Below are positions 28,873 through 46,058 of a stretch of 64,000 nucleotides of DNA, in pieces. The position numbers and the translations under genes were made by a program. Position 1 is the first letter of the stretch. Every line of letters begins with the position of its first letter. This DNA is from the human T2T-CHM13v2.0 reference genome, Homo sapiens: assembly GCF_009914755.1 (NCBI RefSeq), contig NC_060936.1; one strand, written 5' to 3'. The notes beneath the pieces are model-generated. The model was given only the letters and a program-made list of their open reading frames with translations. It was not told the origin of the DNA and did not search any database.

Positions 28873-31126
28873 TTTACTGAAATTCTAAAGAACAAAGTGA
28901 ATGATGTTGATGAAGTGGAAGTACAGTCTGGGAAAAACATAAAATATTTTGAAGTGTCAGAACATAAAATGAATTTTTAAATAAAACCATTTATAAATTA
29001 TATTTTTCAGTATATAAAACTAATTATTTATAAAACAAAAGATATAAACTGGAAATTTAAAGAATTCAGCTGGCTTTTACTCCATCTTCAAACAATTATT
29101 TCAAAGTTGTGATTAATATTTGCATTTAAAGGGATTTGTCTCTATGTTTAAGTTTATAATGGATTCATTGAAAGCACATGAGGAAAGAGCTTATACAGCT
29201 ACTTCTAATGTGCAAAAGGAAAGTTAAGATTCCTTGAAAGAAATAGCAATTTCTTCCAAAAAGTCAAGAATAAAAAATGTAAAAGCACAGTCTATGGCTC
29301 TGTTAAAAAAAATTCATCAGAGATTTCCTACACAAAGAGTTTTTATTTACAATTCTGCCTCTATTCACCATTGTTCATTCAACTTCGATTCTACTTGTAA
29401 AAATAAACCAACATCAATTGCATAATCTCTTAACGTTCCCAATTATAACAAATGGAGCTATTGTTCCATTCAGCAATCCACTCCAATATCTATATTCTAG
29501 ACCTGAAATTAAAAGACAAATGAAAGACATCTGGTTTCTAAAAACTGCTATTTCCTTATAACTAATCAATTATCTTCTCCTTTCCTTATCGCCCGCTCAA
29601 GTCCACATAGTGCAGCACTTTATAATTTTGGCAGGACATCTAACAATCTTGCACCGTAGTCTTTATGCAATGAATATTTGTCATCTAAAAACAGTCAGCT
29701 CTGGAACATTCTATCACTCACCATCTCATCTTCACAAGAGCATCTGAAGGCCAGCTGGCAAAAAAATCACAAAACTGTACAGATGCAGATTAATGCAGCT
29801 CCAAATTGATGGTTTTTATAATCATTTAGCCCCTCAACAGTATACAACCTACTTATTGTATCACTCCTTTTTCTCAATTCAACAGATATTTCTATTATTT
29901 AATATTTTTCTAAATTATCTACTAGACCTCCTTGACTGTCCTTTTCAGAAAATGCCCTCATCTGCTACTTGACATAGAAATAGTGACCATCAGGCATAAA
30001 TTCCCTCATCTTCTTGCTTGTCCTCCAACAAATACACTGGTACCCATCCATCTATCTCAGAAAAAAAATTTATCTTCCCACTGAAAAACTCCAAAATTTC
30101 CATCCCTAGTGTGGATATCACCCCCTGTTATGTCCTAAAGAATCATCATCTCTAGCTATTCCACTTCTATTATCATTTTTCCTCTAACATTTTCCCTCCA
30201 ATGTTTCTCTTCTCTTGTATATAATAATCTCAAGCCACTCTTGCTTCCCAGATTTCTATTATTTCTTTTTCCTGCTCTTTAAAACAGAGTTGTCTCTTTT
30301 TAATTTTTAGACCTTGAGGTGCCCGATAGGATTATTCACAATATTTCATTCATAAGACGCTTTTATCATTGCTCCAAGAACTTCTGTTTATTTATTTAGT
30401 TACTCACTTTGTTAGTTGTAACCCAAAACTATAGCTAGGACCATAACCATTACATTTATCTACTTGTATATTTCACTCCTTCCCGTCCTCCTACCTCATT
30501 CAAAAATGTAACTATCATACCGAATCCTATGTGATGAATTCCCTTGATTTATTTTATACATACTTTATTGCTTTGTTATTCCTTAAAATTATTTTTTGTT
30601 TTTAATGTTTTAACTTTATAAAATTGTATGACATTGTACAGAAAATTTGGTTTTTATTTTCACCTCATATTGTCATGCTCCTCTGGGAGAATCAAGGAGG
30701 TGAAGTAGATAATTTACGTAAATATTATCCTACCCCTCCTCTGCTACTTCACATAAAACTAGTGGCTATCAGGCATAAATCCCCTCACCTTCTTGCTTAT
30801 TTATACTAGGGCTGAAATCAACACTGGGGTGGGAGTTTCAGCCTTGTTCAGTGGGAAGAGAAATTTTTTTCTGAGACAGATGGATGGGTCCCTGTGTATT
30901 TGTTGGAGGATTTGCAATCATTATCCCATTAATGGTTATTTGGATAGTTTCGAGATGTTTCAAATTGTTAACAGCACTGCTGTAAATATTCCTGTAAATT
31001 TGCATTGTTGTACTTATGCAAATATTTCTCTTGGATATGTAGTTAGAATTCCTGAGCCATGTTCAGCTTTAGAAGATAAAATCAAACTGTTTCCCAAAGT
31101 GGTTGTATCAATTTATATTTCCTTTA

Positions 31127-31452
<326 letters not shown>

Positions 31453-33729
31453 AAGAAGAAGAATCATGTAGCTCTCCATACTTTCAATGCTTGGTAAATT
31501 TTTTTTCTTAGCCATAATTTAAAAAATAATTTTTTTGAACTCAGTGTCTCTGTTTCCTAATTGGCCAATAGGTTTTAGCCATTGCAATCTACTTTCACCA
31601 TAGCTTACTCTCCCAGATACTCTACTATATTGGGTTCCCTCCTACTTGTCTCATCAAAATATCATTTTTTTTTTGCTATTTACTCATATTTTATTTCTAA
31701 ATGTTGACTTATCCTAAAGATCATCATTCTGACCCCTTCTCTTCTAACATAATATAATACTCCCTGATGTTACAAAGCTTTTTTTGTCATCTGGCTCTCC
31801 TTTCCTTACAATGTTTTCAAATACTTATTATATTAATTGATAATTCCACAATTTATATATCCAGTCTAGGTATCTCTCTTGATCTCAGACATTTAATCCT
31901 TCCATATACATGCCAATGGTCTATGTCTGCTACTAAAAGCTCACTCTGGAGACACAGACCAATTCTTTCTGGTTGTCTCCAGTGATATACCACAAAGCAC
32001 CTAAATCATCACCATTATCACAACAAACATAGTTTAATGTTCTTCTTGTGTTTTCTATAACATTTAATAGAATTATATCCATCAAGGTGTGAAGGCTGAT
32101 ATGATATGAAATTATGGATTTCCTCCTCTCCCTCAACCACTGAATCCAATGCAGATTCCTGCAATTCTACGTTGTAAATATTTCTCATATAGGTTTCCTA
32201 CCCATCATTGCTTTTTTTCATGATGCCAGTTTAGACAGTCATTGTCACTGACCTTGACTCCTAAAACAATTTCCTTTACATCCCCCCACCCACTTTCTAG
32301 GCTACTCAGATTGACCTCTCTAAAATCCATATCTGCTCATGTAACATGAGTCATATTGGTCCTTCACTTAAAATCATCTAATCGTTTTCTTTGCCTTTAG
32401 GGGAAATCTAAAAATTTTTAACATAGTGCAAAAGACCCTCATGAAGCTTCATACCTGTCCAAATCAATTTCTAGCCACATTTTTTATTACCCAAGAACTA
32501 TTTGCAATTATAATACCTAAATCTGCCCTTTATTCATATTCTTCACTCCATCTACATTAGTCTTGTTTACCTTCAGCCCCCCAATTCCTGCTTGTCCTCT
32601 ACTTCACATCAATTATGATCTACAGGGAAGCTTTTATGACCTCAAGATGTTATATGACATTCATCTGATCCTTTCATGATACGATTACAGCACTAGCAGT
32701 ATTTTATATTTCAATCTGCTTCACTTAAAAAAAACTTCTCCTTTCAACTGAGCTCATTGAAAGCTGATAATTTAAAAAAAAATTCTGTATCATCAGTGCC
32801 ATATATAGTTCCTGACCTATAGAAGATACCCAAAGTTGTTTGTTGAATGAATGAACCAAATAATTAATAATAATCAGAATAAAGATATTGAAAGAAAGTG
32901 TAGAGGACAGTTTTGTAAAAACTGATGAGAAATATATCAAAACTGGTATATTTCAGTTTATTACCCAGGAATTGTTGGCAATTATAATACCCAAATCTGT
33001 CCTTTATTCATGTTCTTCACTCTATAACTCTAGTAACATTTTATTTGTATAGAAAGGACATCAAATTTATTCTCTTTGTGATTTAAGCAGTATTTCAGTA
33101 AGATAAAAATGTAATAATCAAAGATTCTCCCAACTCACTGGTCATATGCAAACCCCATTTTACACACAAAAAAACTTAGTGTTATTTTATATATAATATA
33201 CGTATACACACACACATACTAACTTATACTAGTATACTACATGTATATATATGTGTGTGTATACATGGGTACACTATGTCTGTGTGTATACTATATACAT
33301 ACTACATACATACTAATTTATACTAGTATATATATATTAGCTTATTTTTAGTATAAAATAAGTGTTAGTATACATATGTAAAATAGGTGTTAGTATATAT
33401 ATACACTAACATATTTTTAAATTTTATTAAAATAAATTATTTTAAAATTTTATTTTTAAAATTTCACTGGTAAGTAAAGTGTAGTGTATCTGAAATTTTT
33501 GTGTAATCACAGCTATATGCTCTTTTGTGTGGCTAAATGATAAACAAAAACTAAATGATAACAACATAATAAAATCATTTTCATCAATATCATCAGTACC
33601 ATTATGATTGCTAACATGTCTCTAGAACCTTATAGTTTACAAAGTTTCGTAGAGGTTCCACAGTTATAGTGTCTCATTTTTCATCCTGTCTTATTGCTAT
33701 CATATGAAATATGTGTAGCTGATACTCAT

Positions 33730-33800
33730 GCATATATCGTAAGCCTGCAAATGCCAGCCAGCAACTCCCAGGGTTACTGCAACAGTATGCCATAAAAAGT
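33730..33800 (-). pseudogene. KLR-like pseudogene A, damaged transmembrane exon
   Basis: ttttgtatag acceptor; in phase with the upstream exon it reads DFLWHTVAVTLGV…, matching the KLR TM start (WHLIAVTLG). Shortened, and the donor appears mutated (atgagtat). Confidence 0.72.
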
Positions 33801-33919
33801 CTATACAAAATCAAAAGGCAGAATATATAGTGAGCATGACAAAGCCCTCAGAATTAGAGCAAAATGAGTATTTATTGTAGAGTTTAAGATTAAAATCACT
33901 ATGCTGATCACAAATCTCA

Positions 33920-37950
<4,031 letters not shown>

Positions 37951-38058
37951 AAGGAGATATGCAATATCAAATATATATGAACATAATTATGATTTCATTT
38001 TTTTCTTACTTGACAATATATTTTCAGAAAACAAGAAAATAAACAAAAAACAGTTTAC

Positions 38059-38155
38059 CTTTACTTTTGTGAGCTGAACGTCTTCCGTTCTTTCATTTTG
38101 AAAAGGGGAATTTTGTCTCTGTGTATGTCACTCTCTCCTCACTCATATCTGAGGG
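38059..38155 (-). pseudogene. KLR-like pseudogene A, first coding (cytoplasmic ITIM-type) exon with a nonsense codon
   Basis: ctttgactgcag acceptor; ATG at 38146; MSEERVTYTETKFPFSK*KNGRRSAHKSK; AG|gtaaac donor in phase 1; VTYxx motif typical of inhibitory KLRs. Confidence 0.75.
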
Positions 38156-38571
38156 CTGCAGTCAAAGAACACAGCAAGAATCCTTTCGAACAGCATAATT
38201 CTTCAGTTGAAATGGGAACATTCATCATGAAGGAATGGAGAGACCTCAATAAGTAATAAGCATGATAGTCAAGAAAAAGTGAAATAAAGTAACCATTTGT
38301 CAGGGAATATCAGAAAATATGATTTTGTAGACTTCTCTTTGTGATGTTTTAGAACAGAGATCCTACATAGCTAAATAATAGTTTGTGACAGTGTACAGAC
38401 ATGTTATATTAGACTTTTAGGCTGTCTTTTAGGTAATTTAATTGCTTGCCAAAAGTTAGAAATTAATGTTTTACACACAAATATCCAGATGTATATCTTC
38501 TCTTGAAAATTGCATGTGAACATTTAGTGCCTGTATTAGTCCCAAGTGATAACCATATTATGATACTGAAT

Positions 38572-38670
38572 TGAGTCACCTTTAGCAAGGATACACGTTC
38601 TAATTCAACACAGTCTGCAATCTGCCAGATTATCTTATACCACACCCCATCACTTCCTGATCTTATCCAT
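38572..38670 (-). promoter_or_regulatory. Candidate promoter and non-coding first exon of KLR-like pseudogene A
   Basis: AAG|gtgact donor at 38580; AP-1 TGAGTCA at 38572-38578; RUNX ACCACA at 38639-38644; ETS ACTTCCTG at 38652-38659; GATA CTTATC at 38662-38667. Confidence 0.4.
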
Positions 38671-39605
38671 TTAACTGGATCTCATGAATCTTAGAGAATG
38701 GGAAAAATGAACAAATCCTGGGATTTAAGGAAAGGAAGTTTAAAGAAATAACATTAACAAAGCTGGGAATCACTTGTATTTCTAACTACTCTGCAGAGTG
38801 ATGTTTTTTTTTCAATTTATAGATGAGGCAAACTGAGCCTCAAAGCATATAATATTTGATAGTCCCCAAGGTCAAATAGCTAGTGATAGTCTTTAGTTCA
38901 AATCCATATATGTGTATATATGTACATATCTATATCCAAATATATCCTTCTTCACCTCCACTTAATACCTACATTTATATAAATAACACTTCTGCAAAAC
39001 CATAAAATAATCTCTCTCCCTCAGAAACCATAAATAAATAAGAAAAAGAATCTGAATCAATGAAAATATTTCCTTTTCTAAGTTAACTAAGGGTGTAAGG
39101 AAAGAGATGAATATGTTCTCAATAGCAAGCCAAGAATGAGTATTTAAAGACTGTGATGACAAAGTCCACGCAGAAACCTGAAGTGTATAGTAAAAGCTAG
39201 CTATTTTAGGAAAGTGTGAGCAACCTGAAAGTCATAATCTTTTGATATTCAACCTTCCACAAAACAAAGTGAGCTCAAGATTTTCTGAAAGAACCTTAAA
39301 CTTGAATCTAGGAAGCAGTTCTAATCCTTGGTATGCCACAAATTAATCGTATGGCCTTAAGAAAATAACTTCTCCAGTTTCCTCATGTAAGTAATGAGAC
39401 ATTAAACTAAACCATCTCAAGAATAACTTTTGAGTCTACAATTTTATGTTAATATTATACTAAAACAAAACCCAGAGGAGTAAAGTTGACTTTCAGTCTG
39501 TAAAACATATCATACTGCCAAAGGTGTTTGTATTTTTATTTTCAGATCCAACTTTCTCATCCTTTTAAGTATGCTGTATAATTAGTATATGTTCCATAAC
39601 ACATA

Positions 39606-39780
39606 GCCTGGTGTAGTGGTGTGAGCTTGTAGCACTGGCCGCTCAGGAGGCTGAGGCAGGAGAGTCACTCGAGCCTAGGCGTTTTAGGCTGCAGTGAGCC
39701 ATGATTGTGCCAGTGCACTCCAGCATTAGTGACAGAGTGAGATCCTGTCTCTAAAAAATATTTAAATAAATAAAAAATAA
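39606..39780 (+). mobile_element. Alu right monomer (FRAM/AluJ-like)
   Basis: ctcaggaggctgaggcaggag…gcagtgagccatgattgtgccagtgcactccagc, then an A-rich tail. Confidence 0.85.
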
Positions 39781-39989
39781 ACATAATACATACTATGTCT
39801 ATAACTATATTCTGTGATTAGTTAAATAATATATGCAGTTTTAAAAAGAGTATAAATTTGTCATCAAATCAGGACTTAGAACAAAGCATCATTCAATTAA
39901 TGGAGCTGGGAGAATTAATTATCTAGAAAAAATTAGTCTTTCCTTATACCTAAATAGATTTGAGTTATTGCAGTTTCCATATTTACTGA

Positions 39990-40330
39990 TTCTTCAACAT
40001 CCATTGCATTCTCTTCCAGATTCATCTAATTCACCTTGATTTGATTAAGGAATTAGAATGGGGCCCACTTCTTACCAATGAGACACAGAGGAAGTCTGCA
40101 GCAAACTTCTAGGAAATCATTTCTTTCTTTAAAGAAAAAAGACAAAAGAAAACATGATCCCCTTTCTGCTCTGGAGATTCTTTGCAGGCTGTGATGCCCG
40201 GAATTGTGACAACCATATCACAATTATGGGAAGAACTTAGGTTCCTGAAAATCTTATTGCAACATGTTTACAGCCAGCCCTACACCTGGACTTCATGTTT
40301 ATTATTTATATCAGTCCAAGTTCTTGAAAT
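39990..40330. mobile_element. Ancient ERVL LTR fragment (LTR16/LTR33-like)
   Basis: accaatgagacacagaggaagtctgc…cttctaggaa…gtgatgcccggaattgtgacaaccat resembles LTR16/33-family consensus segments as recalled. Confidence 0.6.
40020..40112 (+). CDS. EIF2S3B: Candidate alternative terminal coding exon of EIF2S3B (IHLIHLDLIKELEWGPLLTNETQRKSAANF*)
   Basis: Branch-point-like tactgat at 39984-39990; ttctcttccag acceptor; phase-0 match to the internal donor GAG|gtagga at 24626; gives a 466-aa product; AATAAA at 40361 and ~40530. Confidence 0.6.
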   Translation: MHLIHLDLIKELEWGPLLTNETQRKSAANF

Positions 40331-40849
40331 GATGCTGCTTTCATCTGAAATACACAAACAAATAAAATTATATTTATATACACATAAACATGTATATACA
40401 TACATGTATATATTTTTATAGAGTATTAGAATGCTACTCTTTCTCAAAATATGTTAAATATAAACTAAACTTGACTGTTAATTATGATGTGTCCTAATTT
40501 AATTATATGAAAAATTCTGATGTTTAAAAAATAAAAAATGAAGTTATATTGATATTATATTTCATATTTTTAAAATCCTACCTAGTTTTCAATCTATCTC
40601 AGGCACATTACCAGAAAATATTTTACCTTTACCACACCAATAAAGATAAAGACAAAGGCCTTCTTTAGAAATTGTCTATCATTCTCCAGTCAGCAATTTC
40701 TAGATATTTGAATAAGTTACACTGTCACACCCAATGACTGCTGTTGATATTGATGAGGGAGAGAAAAGAATTAAGATGCTTAAACCTAAAATCTAAAGTG
40801 GAATAATATTATGATTCTTTCAAAATCTTCCTGAGATTTTTAACCTTTT

Positions 40850-41131
40850 CCCTGAGAACAGAAGGAGGAGGAGAAGAAAAATGGTTCTTTCGTTACTAAG
40901 AGTGCCATCACAGGCGGCAGTGAAATTTGAAAATATGGTCATGGTTTTCTCTCCAGATGAGTGGGATCATCTGAGCCCTTAACAGAGAAACTCCAAAAGG
41001 ATTTGATGCTGGATAAATGTGATATTTGTGTCTTTGGGAAACTGGACTTATAAGCCACAAGTGATGTCCCCTTTAAAGCAAGGGAATGAGCCCTGGATGA
41101 TGGTGAGAGATGATAGGTGCTCCCTGCCCGG
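40850..41131 (+). pseudogene. Processed KRAB-zinc-finger pseudogene fragment (KRAB-A+B, no fingers)
   Basis: MVLSLLRVPSQAAVKFENMVMVFSPDEWDHLSP*QRN/KDLMLDKC/FVSLGNWTYKPQVMSPLKQGNEPWMMVR; the leader, KRAB-A and KRAB-B exons are joined without introns; one stop and frameshifts. Confidence 0.82.
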
Positions 41132-42970
41132 GTACATGAAAAGCAAGAATCAGGTGGAAGACCTCAGTTCATGCCCCAACTCACCAGAGTAACCTGCACC
41201 CCTATGGTGGCAGGAGAGGAACTTTTCCATGGGTTTCTGTCCATGAGTTTCCAAAGCAATCTAATTTTTACCCCACTTTTATCACTCTCCTTGTACCCTT
41301 TTTGTTATACTTCCAGTCTTAAGACAGTAAACGGTGTTCTGGTAAAACTTTTGAGTTTAAATTACCACATGAGGAATATTCAATAGCTAAATTGATCAAA
41401 TCATTTGTCAAATAATTTGTCAGCGATTAGATTTAATAGGTTAGCTCAGAAAGGTGTCATGAAAAGTCTTCTCAAGACAGAGTTTTGGAGAGAGATTTCT
41501 TGCCTCTTTAGATTTTTAGATTAAAGAATAACAAATTAGAAAGACAAATTTAACATTTAGTTGAAAAGAGATGACATGTCCATCTTTAACAGAAGTTAGA
41601 AATTGCCAGAAAGTAATATTATCCAGGGATTTCAGAGAAACTTTTTTCCCCAGTTTACATGCTGATAATAGGGAAGGCAGCTCATAAAACAGACTCTGGA
41701 AAGTCAAGGGACAAAAAGTTGGGATGCATGATGATGAATTTTTGTTTGGAATACTGTTAGATCTGAAGAGTAGCATTAAATACCAATGCATTTAGGCTGT
41801 AGGCATTTCATAAAGTGGGCCTGGAATCCAATAGAAATTCAAAGGTTTTATAAGAATTGTTCACAAGAATTCCAAATAACCTTGGGCCTTTTTATTCCTT
41901 AAATACTTAATAACTTGGCCCTAACTCCTCTCCCACAGCCAAGCCAGTTCTTCTTTCTCCCTTGTCCTTTCATTCTTCATTCACCTCTGTACATTTTTTT
42001 AATCAAGTTGTAGTCACTTTTATGTTTACTGCAAGATTTTTTCCTACACTTTTCACTGCTGCCTTGTGGTTTTAGAACACAAATCTGTTTGCATTCTCTT
42101 TTGTTTTGTGAAATGTATTGTGTATGTGTATATATATACACACACAAAATAAAAACATGTATATATATATTTGAATAAAACAACTCATACTGTTAAAATA
42201 AAAAAATAAAATAAAATGTTAATGGATAGCAAACATTACAGAAGATACAAAGATATCAAACCTTTCCAATAGAAGGAAATTTTAAAGTCAGTAATGGATA
42301 GTATCATGTTAAACGGCAACCAAAAAAAGATATTTAACAAAAACAATCAGCAATTATTTATAGAATACCATTGAATTTTTCCAATTTTACAATTATGATA
42401 TGCATATCTGAAATTTTAAAAAAATATTGTAGATCCCTCGTAATTCTATAACACAAGAATAATGACTTTTAATATTTCAAAACATTTCTTCCTATGTTTA
42501 TTATTATACTACTTAGTGGGTATCTTGTTTTACACACATGCATTATATCGCATTTTAATTAGTGTTATAAATATGTACTCAAACTGTTTGATGTTCTTTG
42601 AAAATAAAAATGAAAAAGGAAATATATCACAGGAGAAAATTAGGTGAAATGAATGAACAGAAAACTTACAGAAGAAATAAAGAAGACAAATTACAATCAC
42701 GCACAAAATTGTACCTTCTCACTAATAGAAAGAACCATAAATTATTCAAATTACAAAATATTTCCTAATTATCACATTTCACAAATTTTATAATAATTAA
42801 TAACAGTAATAATTGACATTATGTACATATTTCACTTTAATTTTACAACATTGGTGGTAGTGTAATTTGTACCAATGATTCTGGAAAGCAATACAGTAAT
42901 ATGTGTCAACAGACTTAAGGATGTTAATATTCTTTCAACTATAACTCCTTTGAAAGTTTTTTTGGTTTTT

Positions 42971-43513
42971 CATATATATATATATACACACATACATATA
43001 TATACACACGTATATATACACACACGTATATACACACATGTATATATACACACACGTACATACACACATATATACACGTATATACACACGTATACACACA
43101 CGTATATACACACACGTATACACACACGTATATACACACACATATACACACACGTATATACACACATATATACACACATATATACACACACGTATATACA
43201 CACACGTATATACACACACATATATACACACATATATACACACGTATATATACACACATGTATATACACACATATATATACACACATGTATACACATATA
43301 TACACATATATACATACACACATATATACACATATATACACATACATATATACACACATATACACACATAAACACATATATACACATATATACACACATA
43401 TATACACATATATATACACACATATATATACACACACATCTATACACATATATACACATATACACACATATATACACATATATACATATATACACACACA
43501 TACACACACACAC

Positions 43514-43546
<33 letters not shown>
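42971..43546. repeat. ~575-bp compound (TA/CA/CG)n alternating purine-pyrimidine repeat, derived from the tail of the adjacent Alu
   Basis: tatacacacacg/tatacaca units directly abutting the antisense AluJ. Confidence 0.97.
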
Positions 43547-44132
<586 letters not shown>

Positions 44133-46024
44133 CAAAAGTTTTTTATACTAAAGCAATAAGCAGAGTTGAAACAAAATTCATATGCTAAAAAGATTATGGC
44201 TTTATTTTCTAAATATCCTAATTTCAGCAATAAGAAATATTTTCATAAATTAAGTTTTTTCCATAGAATAAAATACCATGCTTCTTATAAGATTCATATT
44301 TAAAATCTTATTTATAATGGGAAAGTACTCTTGTTTAAAGTGAAATACCTAGAATATAAAACTATGTGATACCAGTTTGGTAAGGCATGGATACCATCTC
44401 TTTTAAATAGAAAATAAATTCACAGGAGAAAATAAAAAGAAGCATAAAAATTAGTTAGCATAAAGTTGGTCATTTAAGAATCATATAATTATGGGAGAAT
44501 TTTGTATTTCTTCTTATATCTTATTTCTACAGCTTTTGCTTAAATAGATACATAGATAATTTGTTTTATCTTATTTAACATGGGTCTTCTCAAATAGATT
44601 CATTCATATAGGGCTTATTTGCCCTTCAGTTCTCCTCCATCACTTAGCATACTACAGGGCTCACTGTCAGTGTTCAGTAAAGCTTGTGGATTGAATGATA
44701 GTCCTCTTCTAAATGTTATCCTGTGGATGTATGTCAACTTCTAATCTATGAAAAAAATATATTTAAGTAAATGAATAAAATTTATTTCATAACTGAATCA
44801 CATACAAAAAATAGATAATTTAAAAATATTTAGGAGCATTCTTGGATGACTACTGAAAAATAAATTACTAAGAAAATCTGAGATACTTAGTTATTTAAGA
44901 GGAGAAAATATTTTTCCCCAAAAAATATTTTCAATAACTCTACAGACAGAACCAAAATACCATTGTTTACGGGTAGATTTGGTTGTTGGACCCTTAAAAT
45001 ATCATAATATTTCCCCCATTAATTACTTTGTAATTTGAGGGAACCTGATTTGATCATCAATTAATAAATATATAAATGTACTACAATTTATTTTTCAATA
45101 AATATTCTCTCTTTCACTATGCCAAGTTATAAGGTAAGTCCTATTTTAAGGTCATATATTTTGCCAGCTAGCTAGTTTTTGTTTAGTTTTTTTCTATTTA
45201 ATATCTGTGTACATATATAACAGGAAAACATATTCGTAAATATAAAACTGGATTTTTTTGATTAAAAATATTATTTTAAAAAACATTCAAATTTTTCCTA
45301 TTACACCTAAATTCAGGATAGGGAATTTGAGATTTGAATAATTCATCGCCAACCAGGTAAGTAGCATCCTTCATGGTAAGAAAAAAGAAGTCCAGAGTCA
45401 TAATGTCTAAAAGAAAATAAATATTCCCCAAACATTTGAGAATTTTTAAAAATCATATTCTACATGGTTAATATATTTGACACGTTCTTATTCTGATCCA
45501 TTTCTGCCTTTACCTTTAGTGTAACATTAACATTAGATATTAACATAGATCCTAAAGTTAATTATTTCCTGCAACAATTCAAATGTCTCCCAACTTTCTA
45601 CATAGCTTTTCTATACAAAATTCTACTTTATTCCTCTTTCCTCAACAGCATGACACATAGAGACATGGATCGCACACCCACACTGGCTGATAATACCTGT
45701 GTCTATGCCTTGAGATTTCACCAGCTGGAAGACAAACTTGGTCAGGAATACAGTAAGGATGTGCTGACCTGCTGGTTTTCTCTCTCCTTTGAGACCAGGA
45801 GGTACTTACTGATATGTATTACTGACCCTCAAAGACACTGTGTCAGAGGAAAGCCGAGGAGGATCATATGACATTCAGTATTTCCCCACAGAAAGTTTCC
45901 AGTGGTGTCAGTATCACCTTTCCTACTCACACTCTGTGACAGACAAGTCATAAATAAAATAATAAATTTTATGAACATTTAATGGATTAACTCAAACCTG
46001 AGCTTCAGCAGTTGCCATAAAGCT

Positions 46025-46058
<34 letters not shown>

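Noticed and set aside
28041-29754. Candidate stalk exons for KLR pseudogene A (28072-28041 ECYFLVIHSE; 29754-29722 LAFRCSCEDEM; acceptor near 29502)
   Set aside because: Splice signals are present, but length or phase do not fit a phase 1-1 stalk exon, and I cannot choose among them without orthologues
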